This document shows positions 1-9,595 of a DNA stretch of 64,000 nt, piece after piece. The stretch is from the NCBI GenBank assembly GCA_963740355.1, contig CAVUDW010000002.1:736001-800000 (forward strand). Reading direction: 5' to 3'. Source of the DNA: an uncultured Gemmatimonadaceae bacterium. GTDB taxonomy: Bacteria > Gemmatimonadota > Gemmatimonadetes > Gemmatimonadales > Gemmatimonadaceae. Both the position numbers and the translations under genes were made by a program. Positions within the stretch are counted from its first letter, which is position 1. Every line of letters begins with the position of its first letter. The notes under the pieces were generated by a model that saw nothing but the letters and a program-made list of their open reading frames with translations, did no database searches and was not told where the DNA came from.

Positions 1-510
1 GGCCTTTGGTTCACCCTGGCCGATCAGCCTCCAGATTTCATCGAACGGTGCCTCGAGGTGCAGCACGCCATCGTCGATGCCGTAGCGAACCGAATCCGTC
101 TCGACACGCAGCGAGCCGAGGCGCGCGCTGTCGGTGCCCGTCACGCGACCACCGAGGACGGCGACGTCGCCCGTCACCGTGGCGGTTGGTGCGAACTCCA
201 CATCGCCGTTCAGCACCAGCAACGAGCCTTCGATGGTGCCGGAAATCCGCACGGGCCCACCGAGCACCGCCACCGACGTCCGGATCACCGAGTCAGCCAG
301 TAGCGTGAACGGCGCCGTCTCGCGTCGTGTGGCCGGTGCATTGTAGAGTGCCTGTGCCTGCTCACGCTCGCGACGCGTGGTGCCGCGCGTGGCGCACGCC
401 TTGCCGCCGACCGTGTCACCGCAGGTTGACCAGGTGGGTTGTTGCGCACGGACTGCGGTCGCTGTGCACGCCACGCACCCGAAGGCCGCCAGCGCCTGCC
501 GAACCTTCAC
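1..510 (-). CDS. Secreted protein with bactofilin/polymer-forming-like beta-solenoid repeats (5' part only; runs off window)
   Basis: Not in ORF track. Manual translation from GTG at 510 (GTGA overlap with upstream stop): MKVRQALAAFGCVACTATAVRAQQ (signal-peptide-like) then SVAVLGGPVRISGTIEGSLLVLNGDVEF...VTGDVAVLGGRVTG; open to position 1. Confidence 0.65.
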   Translation of the reverse strand, partial: MKVRQALAAFGCVACTATAVRAQQPTWSTCGDTVGGKACATRGTTRREREQAQALYNAPATRRETAPFTLLADSVIRTSVAVLGGPVRISGTIEGSLLVLNGDVEFAPTATVTGDVAVLGGRVTGTDSARLGSLRVETDSVRYGIDDGVLHLEAPFDEIWRLIGQGEPKA

Positions 511-1904
511 GCGTCACCTCGTCCGTCGTGCATGCCACCACCAATGCCGAGTCGTTTCATCCGTCGATAGAGATTCGGTCGATCCGTCTGCAAGCGTCGC
601 GCCGCTTCCGCCACGTTGCCGGTGGAATCGTCGAGGGCGCGCACGATCAACTGCCGTTCATACAAATCGAGCGCGTCGCTGAGTGGCAGCGACGGATCGA
701 TCCGAGCTGCCGACTGCGGCGTCGACCGCTCGCTGCCGCGCGGAGCCGGCAACACATCGTGCACGTCGCCCACCCGCAGTTCGCGCCCCGGGTGCAGGAT
801 CGCCAACCGTTCCACGATGTTGGCCAGCTCGCGCACATTGCCGGGCCAGCGGTGCGCGCGCAGCGCGGCCATCGCTTCCATCGTGAACGTCGGCGTCGCG
901 CGACCGGTGCGCGTGCGATGCAGGGCCGTGAAATGCAACACCAGTTGATCGAGGTCCTCGATGCGGTCGCGCAGCGGAGGCAGCGTCATCGGGATCACGT
1001 TCAACCGGAAGAAGAGGTCCTCGCGGAAGGTGCCGTCGGCAACGGCTGCTTCGAGATTGCGATTGGTCGCCGACACGATGCGCACATCCACCTTGATCGG
1101 CTTGCCGCCGCCCACGCGCTCGATCTCCCGGGCCTCGATCGCACGCAGCAGCTTTGCCTGCGCTTCGCTGCCGAGGTCACCCACTTCATCGAGAAACAGC
1201 GTGCCGCCATGTGCCAGCTCGAAGCGGCCGATGCGGCGCTCGGTGGCTCCAGTGAAGGCGCCGCGTTCATGCCCGAACATCTCGCTCTCGACCAGGTCGC
1301 GCGGAATGGCGGCGCAGTTGGTGCGCACGTAGGCCTTGTCGCGGCGCGGACTACCGGTGTGCAGCGCCCCGGCCACCAGTTCCTTGCCGGTGCCGCTTTC
1401 GCCTGAGATGAGGACGCGTGCATCACTCGGAGCCACGCGCGCGATCAGCTCACGCACCTGCTGCATCGCCGGGCTATCACCCACCAACCCGCCAGCCAGC
1501 CCGAGATCTTCGCGCAGCGTGCGTGCCGCACGGCGCGTCTGTCGCAGTTCCAGCGCCGACCCGAGCGCGAGCAGCGTGCCTTCAGGCGTGAGCGGCTTTT
1601 CGAGAAAGGTGAAGGCGCCGAGTCGCGTGGCCTTGACCGCGTCGCTGAGTCCCGCGCGCCCGCTCATCATGACCACCGGCAACTCGGGGAATCGCTCGCG
1701 GAACTTCGCCAGCGTATCGAGGCCATCGGTGTCGTTCGGCATCATCAGGTCGAGCAGCACCACATCAGGTTCGGCTTCCAGCGCGCGTGCGAAGGCCGAG
1801 TGACCCTCGGGCGCATCGCGGACCTCGTACCCCTCGGCGGCGAGCAGCGCACCCACCATCCGGCGGATATTCGGCTCGTCGTCGACGATCAGGACACTCG
1901 GCAT
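507..1904 (-). CDS. Sigma54-dependent response regulator (NtrC/NtrX family)
   Basis: Receiver domain (VLIVDDE, LLDLMMP, FLEKP), AAA+ Walker A GESGTGKE, GAFTGA loop, LFLDE, WPGNVREL, C-terminal Fis-type HTH. Confidence 0.95.
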   Translation of the reverse strand: MPSVLIVDDEPNIRRMVGALLAAEGYEVRDAPEGHSAFARALEAEPDVVLLDLMMPNDTDGLDTLAKFRERFPELPVVMMSGRAGLSDAVKATRLGAFTFLEKPLTPEGTLLALGSALELRQTRRAARTLREDLGLAGGLVGDSPAMQQVRELIARVAPSDARVLISGESGTGKELVAGALHTGSPRRDKAYVRTNCAAIPRDLVESEMFGHERGAFTGATERRIGRFELAHGGTLFLDEVGDLGSEAQAKLLRAIEAREIERVGGGKPIKVDVRIVSATNRNLEAAVADGTFREDLFFRLNVIPMTLPPLRDRIEDLDQLVLHFTALHRTRTGRATPTFTMEAMAALRAHRWPGNVRELANIVERLAILHPGRELRVGDVHDVLPAPRGSERSTPQSAARIDPSLPLSDALDLYERQLIVRALDDSTGNVAEAARRLQTDRPNLYRRMKRLGIGGGMHDGRGDA

Positions 1905-1914
1905 CGGTGGTCGG

Positions 1915-2445
1915 TCAGCCCGGTGTCGAGCTGCGCTCGGCGAGCACCCTCGTCACGAATCGCTGGCCCTCACTGATCCGCTCCACTTCCACCGACATCG
2001 CTTCGACCGCAGCCTCGATCCGCTGCAATCGATCGGTCGTGTCGCGTGCCGGTGCGGCGATCTGTCGGTTGGCACTGCGGTTGACGAGCGCCTTGAGGAA
2101 CCCGAACACCGGATAGGCGGCCACCATCATGCAGAAGCCGACGATCGCCGTGGTTGCGATCGACTGCACGCCCGGTGGGATGTCGCGCGGAAAGTCTCGC
2201 GGGAATTGGGTGCCGGAACCGCCCTGAAAGACGTCACCACCACCGGTGGCGCCGTCGAGCGTGATCGTCTTGCCATCGCGCTGAATCGTGATGCGACCCG
2301 GCGCGGGGGTCTCGCCGCCCAAGACAATCGCAGGAGCCGCGGGAGCGCTTGGCGCCTGCGGTGCTGCGGTGGGCGGTTGTGCCGGCTGCTGCACGATCGT
2401 TGCGCTCCAACCCGCGCCTCGGATCACGAACACCTGATTAGCCAC
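1915..2445 (-). CDS. Single-pass membrane protein, EVERISEGQRF paralog 4
   Basis: GTG start at 2445 with GGAGGT RBS; one TM segment; C-terminal RLQRIEAAVEAMSVEVERISEGQRFVTRVL. Confidence 0.85.
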   Translation of the reverse strand: MANQVFVIRGAGWSATIVQQPAQPPTAAPQAPSAPAAPAIVLGGETPAPGRITIQRDGKTITLDGATGGGDVFQGGSGTQFPRDFPRDIPPGVQSIATTAIVGFCMMVAAYPVFGFLKALVNRSANRQIAAPARDTTDRLQRIEAAVEAMSVEVERISEGQRFVTRVLAERSSTPG

Positions 2446-3013
2446 GTGGAACCTCCAGGGGAGCACGATCGGATAGCAGGCGCGTGGTGAAGCGCTGCCC
2501 TTCACTGATGCGTTCGACTTCGATGGCGACGGACTCGATGGCCGTCTCCATCCGAGCCATGCGTTGCGTGAGTTCAGCGGGCATCTGCGCCGCACCAACG
2601 TGCCCGCGCGTCTTGCTGCGATACCACATCACGACGGCTGCCAGCACCACGATCGCGGTGGAGACGATGGCCAGCCCCGCCACGACGTACGGCCCGTCGC
2701 TTTCCTGCTGATGATCAGGGAGCGGAATGCCGAGGGCCGTCGCGACCGCTTCCGGCGAGGCACCATCGAGTGTGATCGTCTGGCCGTTCTTCGTGATCGT
2801 GACGACTGCGTCGCGGCCGCCATCGGCCTGACCGGCACGCGCAGCCTCACGGGCAGCGTTTCGCGCCTCGTTGGCCGCGTTGCGCTGGTCCCTCGCCGCT
2901 TCGCGTGCTTGGGTGGCGGCCTCGCGCGCTGCCTCTGCGCTGCTACGAGCTTGCGCGGCCTGCGCGTCGGATTGTCCTGACTGCATCAGCATCCTGAATT
3001 CTCGCATGTTCAC
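2438..3013 (-). CDS. Single-pass membrane protein, EVERISEGQRF paralog 3
   Basis: Ala/Arg-rich N-terminal helix, TM (YVVAGLAIVSTAIVVLAAVVMWY), C-terminal RMARMETAIESVAIEVERISEGQRFTTRLL; overlaps both neighbours. Confidence 0.85.
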   Translation of the reverse strand: MNMREFRMLMQSGQSDAQAAQARSSAEAAREAATQAREAARDQRNAANEARNAAREAARAGQADGGRDAVVTITKNGQTITLDGASPEAVATALGIPLPDHQQESDGPYVVAGLAIVSTAIVVLAAVVMWYRSKTRGHVGAAQMPAELTQRMARMETAIESVAIEVERISEGQRFTTRLLSDRAPLEVPRG

Positions 3014-3639
3014 GCCTCGCCGACACTGCGGTACACGGCATCACCGCGAGCCGGCACTGGCACCGGACCTGCCGCACCTTCGGACAGCATCTTCGAGGTG
3101 TAGCGCTGGCCCTCGCTGATGCGCTCGACTTCGACGGCGATCGACTCGACGGCGTTCTCGATCCGGGCCATCCGGGCGGCCGTTTCCTTGTCGGGTGCCG
3201 CTGCGGCGGCGGAGGGCCGACCGCGGCGCAGGTAGTTGAGCACCATCCAGGTGATGAGGACGATTGCACCGAGTGTCGCGACGGTCAGCGACACGATCAT
3301 CTTCGGATCCGGCTGTGACGGCACACCAATGCCCGCCTGCGCCAATTGCTCTGAGGTCGGATTCTCGAGCACGATGGTCTTGCCGTCGCGTTCGATCACG
3401 ATGCGACCGCCTGCCACTGCAGGCACCGGCGGAAACTGCGCGATGTCGGCGTCGCCCTGGGCTGCACCAGCCGCCTTGCCAGCTGCTGCCGCCTGTTCCA
3501 TGCCGGCCAGCGCAGCCTTCTTCGCCGCCAGCTCGAGCTGCGCATCGATCCGCGCCATTTCGGCGTTGGTGGCGGCGGGGGTGGCGGGCGCCTGCGTGGA
3601 CGGTGCCTGTGCGGATCGAACCTGTGTTGGACTACGCAT
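3010..3639 (-). CDS. Single-pass membrane protein, EVERISEGQRF paralog 2
   Basis: TM (IVSLTVATLGAIVLITWMVL), C-terminal RMARIENAVESIAVEVERISEGQRYTSKML; GAGG upstream of ATG. Confidence 0.85.
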   Translation of the reverse strand: MRSPTQVRSAQAPSTQAPATPAATNAEMARIDAQLELAAKKAALAGMEQAAAAGKAAGAAQGDADIAQFPPVPAVAGGRIVIERDGKTIVLENPTSEQLAQAGIGVPSQPDPKMIVSLTVATLGAIVLITWMVLNYLRRGRPSAAAAAPDKETAARMARIENAVESIAVEVERISEGQRYTSKMLSEGAAGPVPVPARGDAVYRSVGEA

Positions 3640-3951
3640 GTGTCACCTCATTGGACGGGGCCCGGACTGGCGCGGCTTCGCGGGCCTTCTGCACCATCGG
3701 TTGCGCTGCTCCTTCTGACAGCAGACGCGTTGTGAATCGCTGGCCTTCCGACAAGCGCTCGACTTCAACGGCAACGGTTTCGACGATCGATTCGAGTCGA
3801 TCGAGGCGCATCGCCAGTTCCGGCGAGAGCGGCGTGCTGACCGAGATTCGCTCCGATTCGCCTCGTATAAGCGCGCACCAGCGGAATGCCGAGCGGCGAG
3901 AATGATCACCGTGGCAAGAAGCAGTGCCGGGATGACGATGTCTTCATTCAT
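3632..3951 (-). CDS. Single-pass membrane protein, EVERISEGQRF paralog 1 (two apparent +1 frameshifts)
   Basis: Removing two single bases (~3890, ~3855) gives MNEDIVIPALLLATVIILALGIPLVRAYTRRIERISVSTPLSPELAMRLDRLESIVETVAVEVERLSEGQRFTTRLLSE...EVTHA*; span 320 nt = 318+2. Confidence 0.75.
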
Positions 3952-5174
3952 GCTGACTGATCCGGAAGGTGCGACGCGGCTGTCGTTGGCAACGTGAGCG
4001 TAATGGTTGTACCAAGTCCTGCCGCACTGTCCGCGGCGACCGTGCCGCCATGTGCGAGCACCGTCTGGCGCACGATGGCGAGGCCGAGCCCCGTGCCCCC
4101 CGGCTTGGTCGTCACGTACGGCTCCCAGATTCGGCAGAGCGTTTCGGCCGGGATGCCGGGGCCGGTGTCATGCACGCGGATTTCAACCGCCGAAACCGGT
4201 GATGCGATCGCACGGGCCGCGACGGTGATGGTGCCAGCCGGACCGGCGGCATCCGCCGCATTCAACAGGATGTTGCTCACGGCCCGTGCCAGCGGATCGT
4301 GGTGCCCCGACACGAAGGGCAACGACTCCGGCACTTCGAGGGAGACCGTCGTCGTTGGCGACAGCGTGGAGCGGGTGGCGTACCGCAGCAACTCAGCGAT
4401 GTCGACATCGGCCACCGGGCCATCGGGCAGGCGGCCGAACTGTGCAAAACTCTTGGCCAGCGTGTCCAGCCGCTGGGTCTCGATTTCGAGGACGTCGATC
4501 GTGTCCTGCAGCTCCGGCGCAGCGGATTTCCGCAGTCGGGAGACGGCGAATCGGATCGGCGTGAGCGGGTTCTTCAGCTCATGCGCCACGCGGCGCGCGG
4601 TCTCGCGGAATGCGCCCAGCCGGGCCGCCTCGGTCGCGGCCGTCCGTCCCGCATCGAGTTGCATGGCCATGGTTCGCATCCGGGATCGCAGTACCTCGAA
4701 CTCGGGAGCGCCGCGACTCGGCGGCCCCGATGGAAGCACATCCGCTCGCGCGATGCGCTCCGTCCACTCTACCACCTCATCCAGCGGCCGACTGAGCTGC
4801 CGACTGAGGTGCCCTGCCACTCGCCCGGCGACGACCGCCAGGATGGCGAACAACACCAGCACCACCACCAGCACCGGACGGATCACGCGCGGTGCCAGGT
4901 ACTCCAACCGCTTCGCCTGATCCAACGACGCCTGCAACTCCGCCTCGTGCGCATCCAGCGCTGCCTTGACCTCGCCTTTCGGCGCGGACCGTCGGGCCGC
5001 CGCAAGCGCACGGCTCCCCGTCTCAGCGACCCGGCTCCACGCGCCACCGGAAGCCATGAATGGCAGGGCTCGGTTCGCGGCCACCAGTCCCACCGTCGTC
5101 AGCAGGGCAGCTGGCAGGACGGCGAACGCGATGAGCACGAGCAGCAAGCGGGTGCGGAACCCGAGACGGGACAC
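3948..5174 (-). CDS. HAMP-domain sensor histidine kinase (NtrY-like)
   Basis: Two TMs with short loop, HAMP-like segment, H-box VAHELKNPLTPI, N-box NILLNA, G-boxes DTGPGI and GTGLGL. Confidence 0.92.
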   Translation of the reverse strand: MSRLGFRTRLLLVLIAFAVLPAALLTTVGLVAANRALPFMASGGAWSRVAETGSRALAAARRSAPKGEVKAALDAHEAELQASLDQAKRLEYLAPRVIRPVLVVVLVLFAILAVVAGRVAGHLSRQLSRPLDEVVEWTERIARADVLPSGPPSRGAPEFEVLRSRMRTMAMQLDAGRTAATEAARLGAFRETARRVAHELKNPLTPIRFAVSRLRKSAAPELQDTIDVLEIETQRLDTLAKSFAQFGRLPDGPVADVDIAELLRYATRSTLSPTTTVSLEVPESLPFVSGHHDPLARAVSNILLNAADAAGPAGTITVAARAIASPVSAVEIRVHDTGPGIPAETLCRIWEPYVTTKPGGTGLGLAIVRQTVLAHGGTVAADSAAGLGTTITLTLPTTAASHLPDQSA

Positions 5175-5426
5175 TGAGGCGACTACGAGCTGAGGGAGGG
5201 GGATGTTTCGGTCATTCTACCCACGGACACACCGGTCGGTCGGGCCCAGCGGTGCCGTTGCGGCGCAACGTCGTTAGTTTATCTGGTGCACTTCCGCTGT
5301 CGCGGCCTCCGGCCGGCCTTGCCCTTAGCATCTGGGGCGGGGCGCCGGGGAGAGCGACCGCGCAGCCGCCGGCACTTTCGCCGCTGCGGCGCGTGCCATG
5401 ATCGCTTCTTCACATCCCCAGTTTAC

Positions 5427-7359
5427 ATGAACGGACGCACGCCGCGTCCGCACGCACCCCGAGGGCCCATCGCCCCGGTGCATCGCGGACCGCAGGCCAG
5501 CAGCATGAGTGCTGCGGCCTCCCCCAGCTACTCGCAGTACAGCCAGGCGCCCAACGCCGCCCTGCTCATCGACTTCGACAACGTCACGATGGGCATTCGC
5601 TCCGACCTGCAGACGGAGCTCAAGAACCTCCTCTCGTCGGACATCATCAAGGGCAAGGTCGCCGTCCAGCGCGCCTACGCCGACTGGCGCCGCTACCCGC
5701 AGTATGTCGTCCCGCTGGCCGAGTCGTCGATCGACATGATCATGGCGCCGGCGTACGGCAGCTCGAAGAAGAACGCCACCGACATCCGCCTCGCGATCGA
5801 CGCCGTCGAACTGATGTTCACGCGCCCCGAGATCGGCACCTTCATCCTGCTCAGCGGCGATTCCGACTTCTCGAGCATGGTGATGAAGCTCAAGGAGTAC
5901 GGCAAGTACGTGATCGGCGTCGGCATTCGCGAAAGCTCCAGCGACCTGCTGGTGATGAATTGCGACGAATACTACAGCTACAACGCACTCGCCGGCCTCG
6001 TGAAGACGAGCGACGAGGAGACCGTGAAGCGCGATCCGTGGGAGCTGGTCACGGAGTCGCTCGCCCGCATGGTGCGCAATGGCGACGTGATGCGCGCCGA
6101 TCGCCTGAAGCAGGTGATGCAGGACATCGACAATGGCTTCGACGAGAAGGATCTCGGCATGTCGAAGTTCTCGAAGTTCGTGCAGGAGGCGGCGCAGAAA
6201 GGCCTGCTGACACTGACGCGACTCGAGAACGGCCAGTTCGAGATTGCACCACCGGGTGTGAAGGCAACGGGTGCGGCACCGGCCGTGGCCAGTGCCGATG
6301 TCGCCGGTGCACTCGACGAAGCCGCCGAGAAGGAAGAGGGCGAGGAGAAGAGCAGCCGTCGCCGTCGTGGGCGTGGTCGTGGACGCGGTGGCCGTGATCG
6401 CGAGCCGCGCGAACCGCGCGTGCTGACTGATGTCGTGGCCACGGCCGTCGCTGCCAGCGAGCCGGCATCGACCACGAGTCGCCGACGTCGAGGAAGAAGC
6501 GGAAGCCGAGGCCGACGTTGTTGTTGCGGCTCCGGTGGCGCCGACGCCGCGCGTCGACGCGCCGCGGCCGACGCACACACCGCGTGCCGAGACGCCGCGT
6601 GCCGCACAGGGACGCGACTCGATCGGGCTCGGTGGTGAACGCCTCACGCGCAACGAAGCCTTCGATCTCGTGCGCAAGGCCGTCCACGCCACGGTCAAGA
6701 ACGACATCCCAGCGGGCATGCTCGCGGTGCGTGAAAGTGCCGCAGCGTTGCTCGGCCGCGACAGCGAAAGCCTCAGCGAACGCAACTTCACTCGAATCCT
6801 GCAGGACGCGCACGATGCCGATGTGATCGACCTGCGCAAGCGTGGCGATTCGTGGGAAGTGGCGCCGGTGCAGCAGGTTGGCGAAGTGTCGGAGCAGCTG
6901 GCGAAGCACGAAGCGGCGAATGCACCGAAGCCGGTGGCTGGACCGCCGGCACCGCGCGGCATGGGCTCACGTGGTGGCATGCGCGGTGGTCGCCCGTCCG
7001 CACCGCCGCCGGGGCTGTTGATGGTGGGTGTGGTGGATGAGTCGCCGAGCGTCGTTTCGACGCCCGTACCATCTGCCGCTGCGCCGGTCGCCGCCGTGGC
7101 GCCCGCCGCCAAGCCAGCGCCACGCGCGCCGGAATTGGCACTGACACCGGCAACACCAGCGAAGTCGCCGGCGAAGCCGAATGGCCGTCGTCCCGCCGCG
7201 AAGAAGGCTGCACCGGCAAAGCCCGCCGTGAAGGCCGCAGCGCCAGCCAAGGCGCCGGTTGCCAAGGCACCAGTGGCCAAGGCGCCAGCCAAGAAGACGG
7301 CGCCCGCCGCGAAGAAGGCAGCAGCCAAGGCACCGGCAAAGAAGGCCGCCAAGCGGTAG
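5427..7359 (+). CDS. NYN (LabA/DUF88) ribonuclease-domain protein with LOTUS/OST-HTH domain and Ala/Lys/Pro-rich tail (one apparent frameshift ~6477)
   Basis: LLIDFDNV, RAYADW, KNATDIRLAIDA, LLSGDSDF, VIGVG motifs; LOTUS-like FDEKDLGMSKFSKFV; ORFs 5286-6638 and 6430-7359 join on removing one base. Start uncertain (5427 or 5505). Confidence 0.85.
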
Positions 7360-7452
7360 TCGTTTCGCTGGTCGCAGCTGTTCGACCGCCACGCCCGCAT
7401 CACCGAACTCGGTGATGCGGGCGTGGTCGTTTCAGCCCATCATCTTTCCGTC

Positions 7453-8073
7453 ATGCCAGCCGCACTGCCCAGAGCCTTCTACGACCGCGACCCGGCGCTG
7501 GTCGCGCGTGAACTCCTCGGGATGCAGCTCGCGGTGCGCGACGCTGGCGGTGCCACGCTGCTCGCACGCATCGTGGAAACCGAGGCCTACCTCGGTCCAC
7601 ACGATCCGGCCTGCCATGCCGTGGTCGGTCGGACACGTCGCACCGAGCATCTGCATGGTCCGCCGGGTCAGGCGTACGTGTACCTGATCTACGGCATGCA
7701 TTGGTGCCTGAACGCCGTGACGCTTCCCGACGGTATCGGCTCAGCGGTGTTGCTGCGGGCGGTCGAGCCGATCGGCGATCTCGGTCCGTTGCGGCGCCGT
7801 CGACCTGCGGCCCGTCGCGACCGCGACCTGACCAACGGACCGGGCAAGCTCTGCGCGGCGTATGACATCACCGGAGCGCTCGATGGCACGTCGCTGCAGC
7901 GCGGTGCGGTGCGCATCCTGCGCGGTGACGCGGTGCCCGATGCAGCGGTCGCGGTCTCACCGCGCATCGGCATCACTCGTGCGGCGGAGTGGCCGCTGCG
8001 CTTCTTTGTCAGGCACAATCCGTTCGTTTCAGCCACGCCGAAACCGTTCGTCGTCACCCCATACTCGCCATGA
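7453..8073 (+). CDS. mpg: DNA-3-methyladenine glycosylase (MPG/AAG family)
   Basis: RIVETEAYLG, YVYLIYGMHWCLN, AVLLRAVEP, NGPGKLC, PRIGI motifs. Confidence 0.93.
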   Translation: MPAALPRAFYDRDPALVARELLGMQLAVRDAGGATLLARIVETEAYLGPHDPACHAVVGRTRRTEHLHGPPGQAYVYLIYGMHWCLNAVTLPDGIGSAVLLRAVEPIGDLGPLRRRRPAARRDRDLTNGPGKLCAAYDITGALDGTSLQRGAVRILRGDAVPDAAVAVSPRIGITRAAEWPLRFFVRHNPFVSATPKPFVVTPYSP

Positions 8074-9380
8074 CTTTTCTGTCCGGACTGCCGACTGCCT
8101 TGCGTGCCGCACTTTCGCTTGGCCTGGCTGCCGGTGTGTTGCGTGCGCAGCCTCCGGCACCGCGACGTCCCGCCCCGACATCACGTCCGATGGCCGACCA
8201 GCTCGACTCGCTCACCGACGTCTCGCCGCATGCCATGCGCATCTGGCGGGAGGCGATCGTGGTGGATACACACAACGACATGCCGACCAAGGTGGCGGAT
8301 GAGCGGTATGACGCCGACATCCGCAACCCGATCGGATTCGGGCCCGGCAAGGGATCGACGGACTATCCGCGCCTGCTGCAGGCGGGCATCACCGGGCAGT
8401 TCTTCTCGGCCTTCGTCGATGCGCCGTACGCCTTGATGAAGCCGGACAGCTCGTTCGCGCGCGCAATGCTGCTCACCAATCAGGTGAAGGCCTTTGTGCG
8501 TCGCCATCCCGACCGATTGATCTTCGCCACCAATGGCGCTGACCTGCGGCGCGCGAAACGGGAAGGGAAGGTGGCAGTCTTCGTTGGTGTGGAAGGCGGT
8601 CATGCCATTCAGGGTTCGATCGAACGGCTCCGTCGCTTGCACGCTGCCGGCGTGCGGTACATGACACTGACCTGGAATAACGGCAATCTCTGGGCGGGCG
8701 CCGCCGCCGGCACCAACAACACACGGACGGCGGGCCTCACGGCCTACGGCAAGCAGATCGTCCGCGAGATGAATCGGATCGGCATCCTGGTGGACATCTC
8801 GCACGTCTCCGACTCGACGTTCTGGGATGCGATCCGCACCAGCACCAAGCCGGTGATCGCGTCACACTCGAGTGCGCGCGCGCTGAGCGTGCATCGGCGC
8901 AACCTGACCGACAGCATGCTGGTGGCGGTCGCGAAGACCGGCGGGGTGGTGAACGTGAACTTCTTCAGCCAGTTCATCGATTCGACCTACAACACGCGCA
9001 TGTCGGGCATCGAGCGCCGCCTGCGCGCGGAGGATCGCATGCTGCGTGATGGCGGCATGGCCAACGACGCGATTCGCACGCGCGTCGCCGACCTGCGCCA
9101 GCGGCTGCTCGATTCGCTCCCGAACACACCGCTCTCCGTGCTGATCGATCACATCGATCACATCGCCAAGGTGGCCGGCGTCGATCACGTCGGCATCGGC
9201 TCCGACTTCGACGGCGTGACCGCACTGCCCACCGGCATGGAAGACGTCACCATGCTCCCGCGCATCGCCCAGGCCCTCATCGACCGCGGCTACAGCGACG
9301 ACGACATCAAGAAGATCCTCGGCGGCAACATGCTCCGCGTCCTCGAAACCGCCATCGATCCGACCGAGCGCCAGCGATAG
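8070..9380 (+). CDS. Membrane dipeptidase (peptidase M19), secreted
   Basis: Signal-peptide-like N-terminus; VDTHND, GVEGGH, YMTLTWN, VDISH, ASHS, HVGIGSDFDG, ILGGN; ATGA overlap with mpg. Confidence 0.92.
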   Translation: MTFLSGLPTALRAALSLGLAAGVLRAQPPAPRRPAPTSRPMADQLDSLTDVSPHAMRIWREAIVVDTHNDMPTKVADERYDADIRNPIGFGPGKGSTDYPRLLQAGITGQFFSAFVDAPYALMKPDSSFARAMLLTNQVKAFVRRHPDRLIFATNGADLRRAKREGKVAVFVGVEGGHAIQGSIERLRRLHAAGVRYMTLTWNNGNLWAGAAAGTNNTRTAGLTAYGKQIVREMNRIGILVDISHVSDSTFWDAIRTSTKPVIASHSSARALSVHRRNLTDSMLVAVAKTGGVVNVNFFSQFIDSTYNTRMSGIERRLRAEDRMLRDGGMANDAIRTRVADLRQRLLDSLPNTPLSVLIDHIDHIAKVAGVDHVGIGSDFDGVTALPTGMEDVTMLPRIAQALIDRGYSDDDIKKILGGNMLRVLETAIDPTERQR

Positions 9381-9387
9381 ATCGTCG

Positions 9388-9450
9388 ACGGCAAATCGCC
9401 AACGGCAAATCGCCAACGGCAAATCGCAGAGACGCAGAGTACGCGGAGAG
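9388..9450. repeat. Tandem 14-bp repeat followed by CGCAGAG-type repeats
   Basis: ACGGCAAATCGCCA almost 3 times (9388-9427), then CGCAGAGACGCAGAGTACGCGGAGAG. Confidence 0.8.
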
Positions 9451-9484
9451 TCTACTCGCAAGGCGACTTTTGCGTGGCATGACG

Positions 9485-9538
9485 AAAAGATGTGCTGTGG
9501 GAACTGCGCATGCCATGGCAGCTTCCCACAGCCCTTTT
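9485..9538. terminator. Possible bidirectional terminator between convergent peptidase genes
   Basis: GCTGTGGGAA (9494-9503) / TTCCCACAGC (9523-9532) stem flanked by AAAAG and CTTTT. Confidence 0.55.
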
Positions 9539-9595
9539 CAGTTGCAGTCGCGACGCAATCGAAGCGAGTGTTGCTGTATGTGAATTCGTTCTGCG

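Noticed and set aside
5325..7403. Long antisense ORFs (also 26503-28350, 34148-35497, 58426-59883, 15387-16550)
   Set aside because: Shadows of motif-bearing genes on the opposite strand; expected in high-GC DNA; no recognisable motifs.
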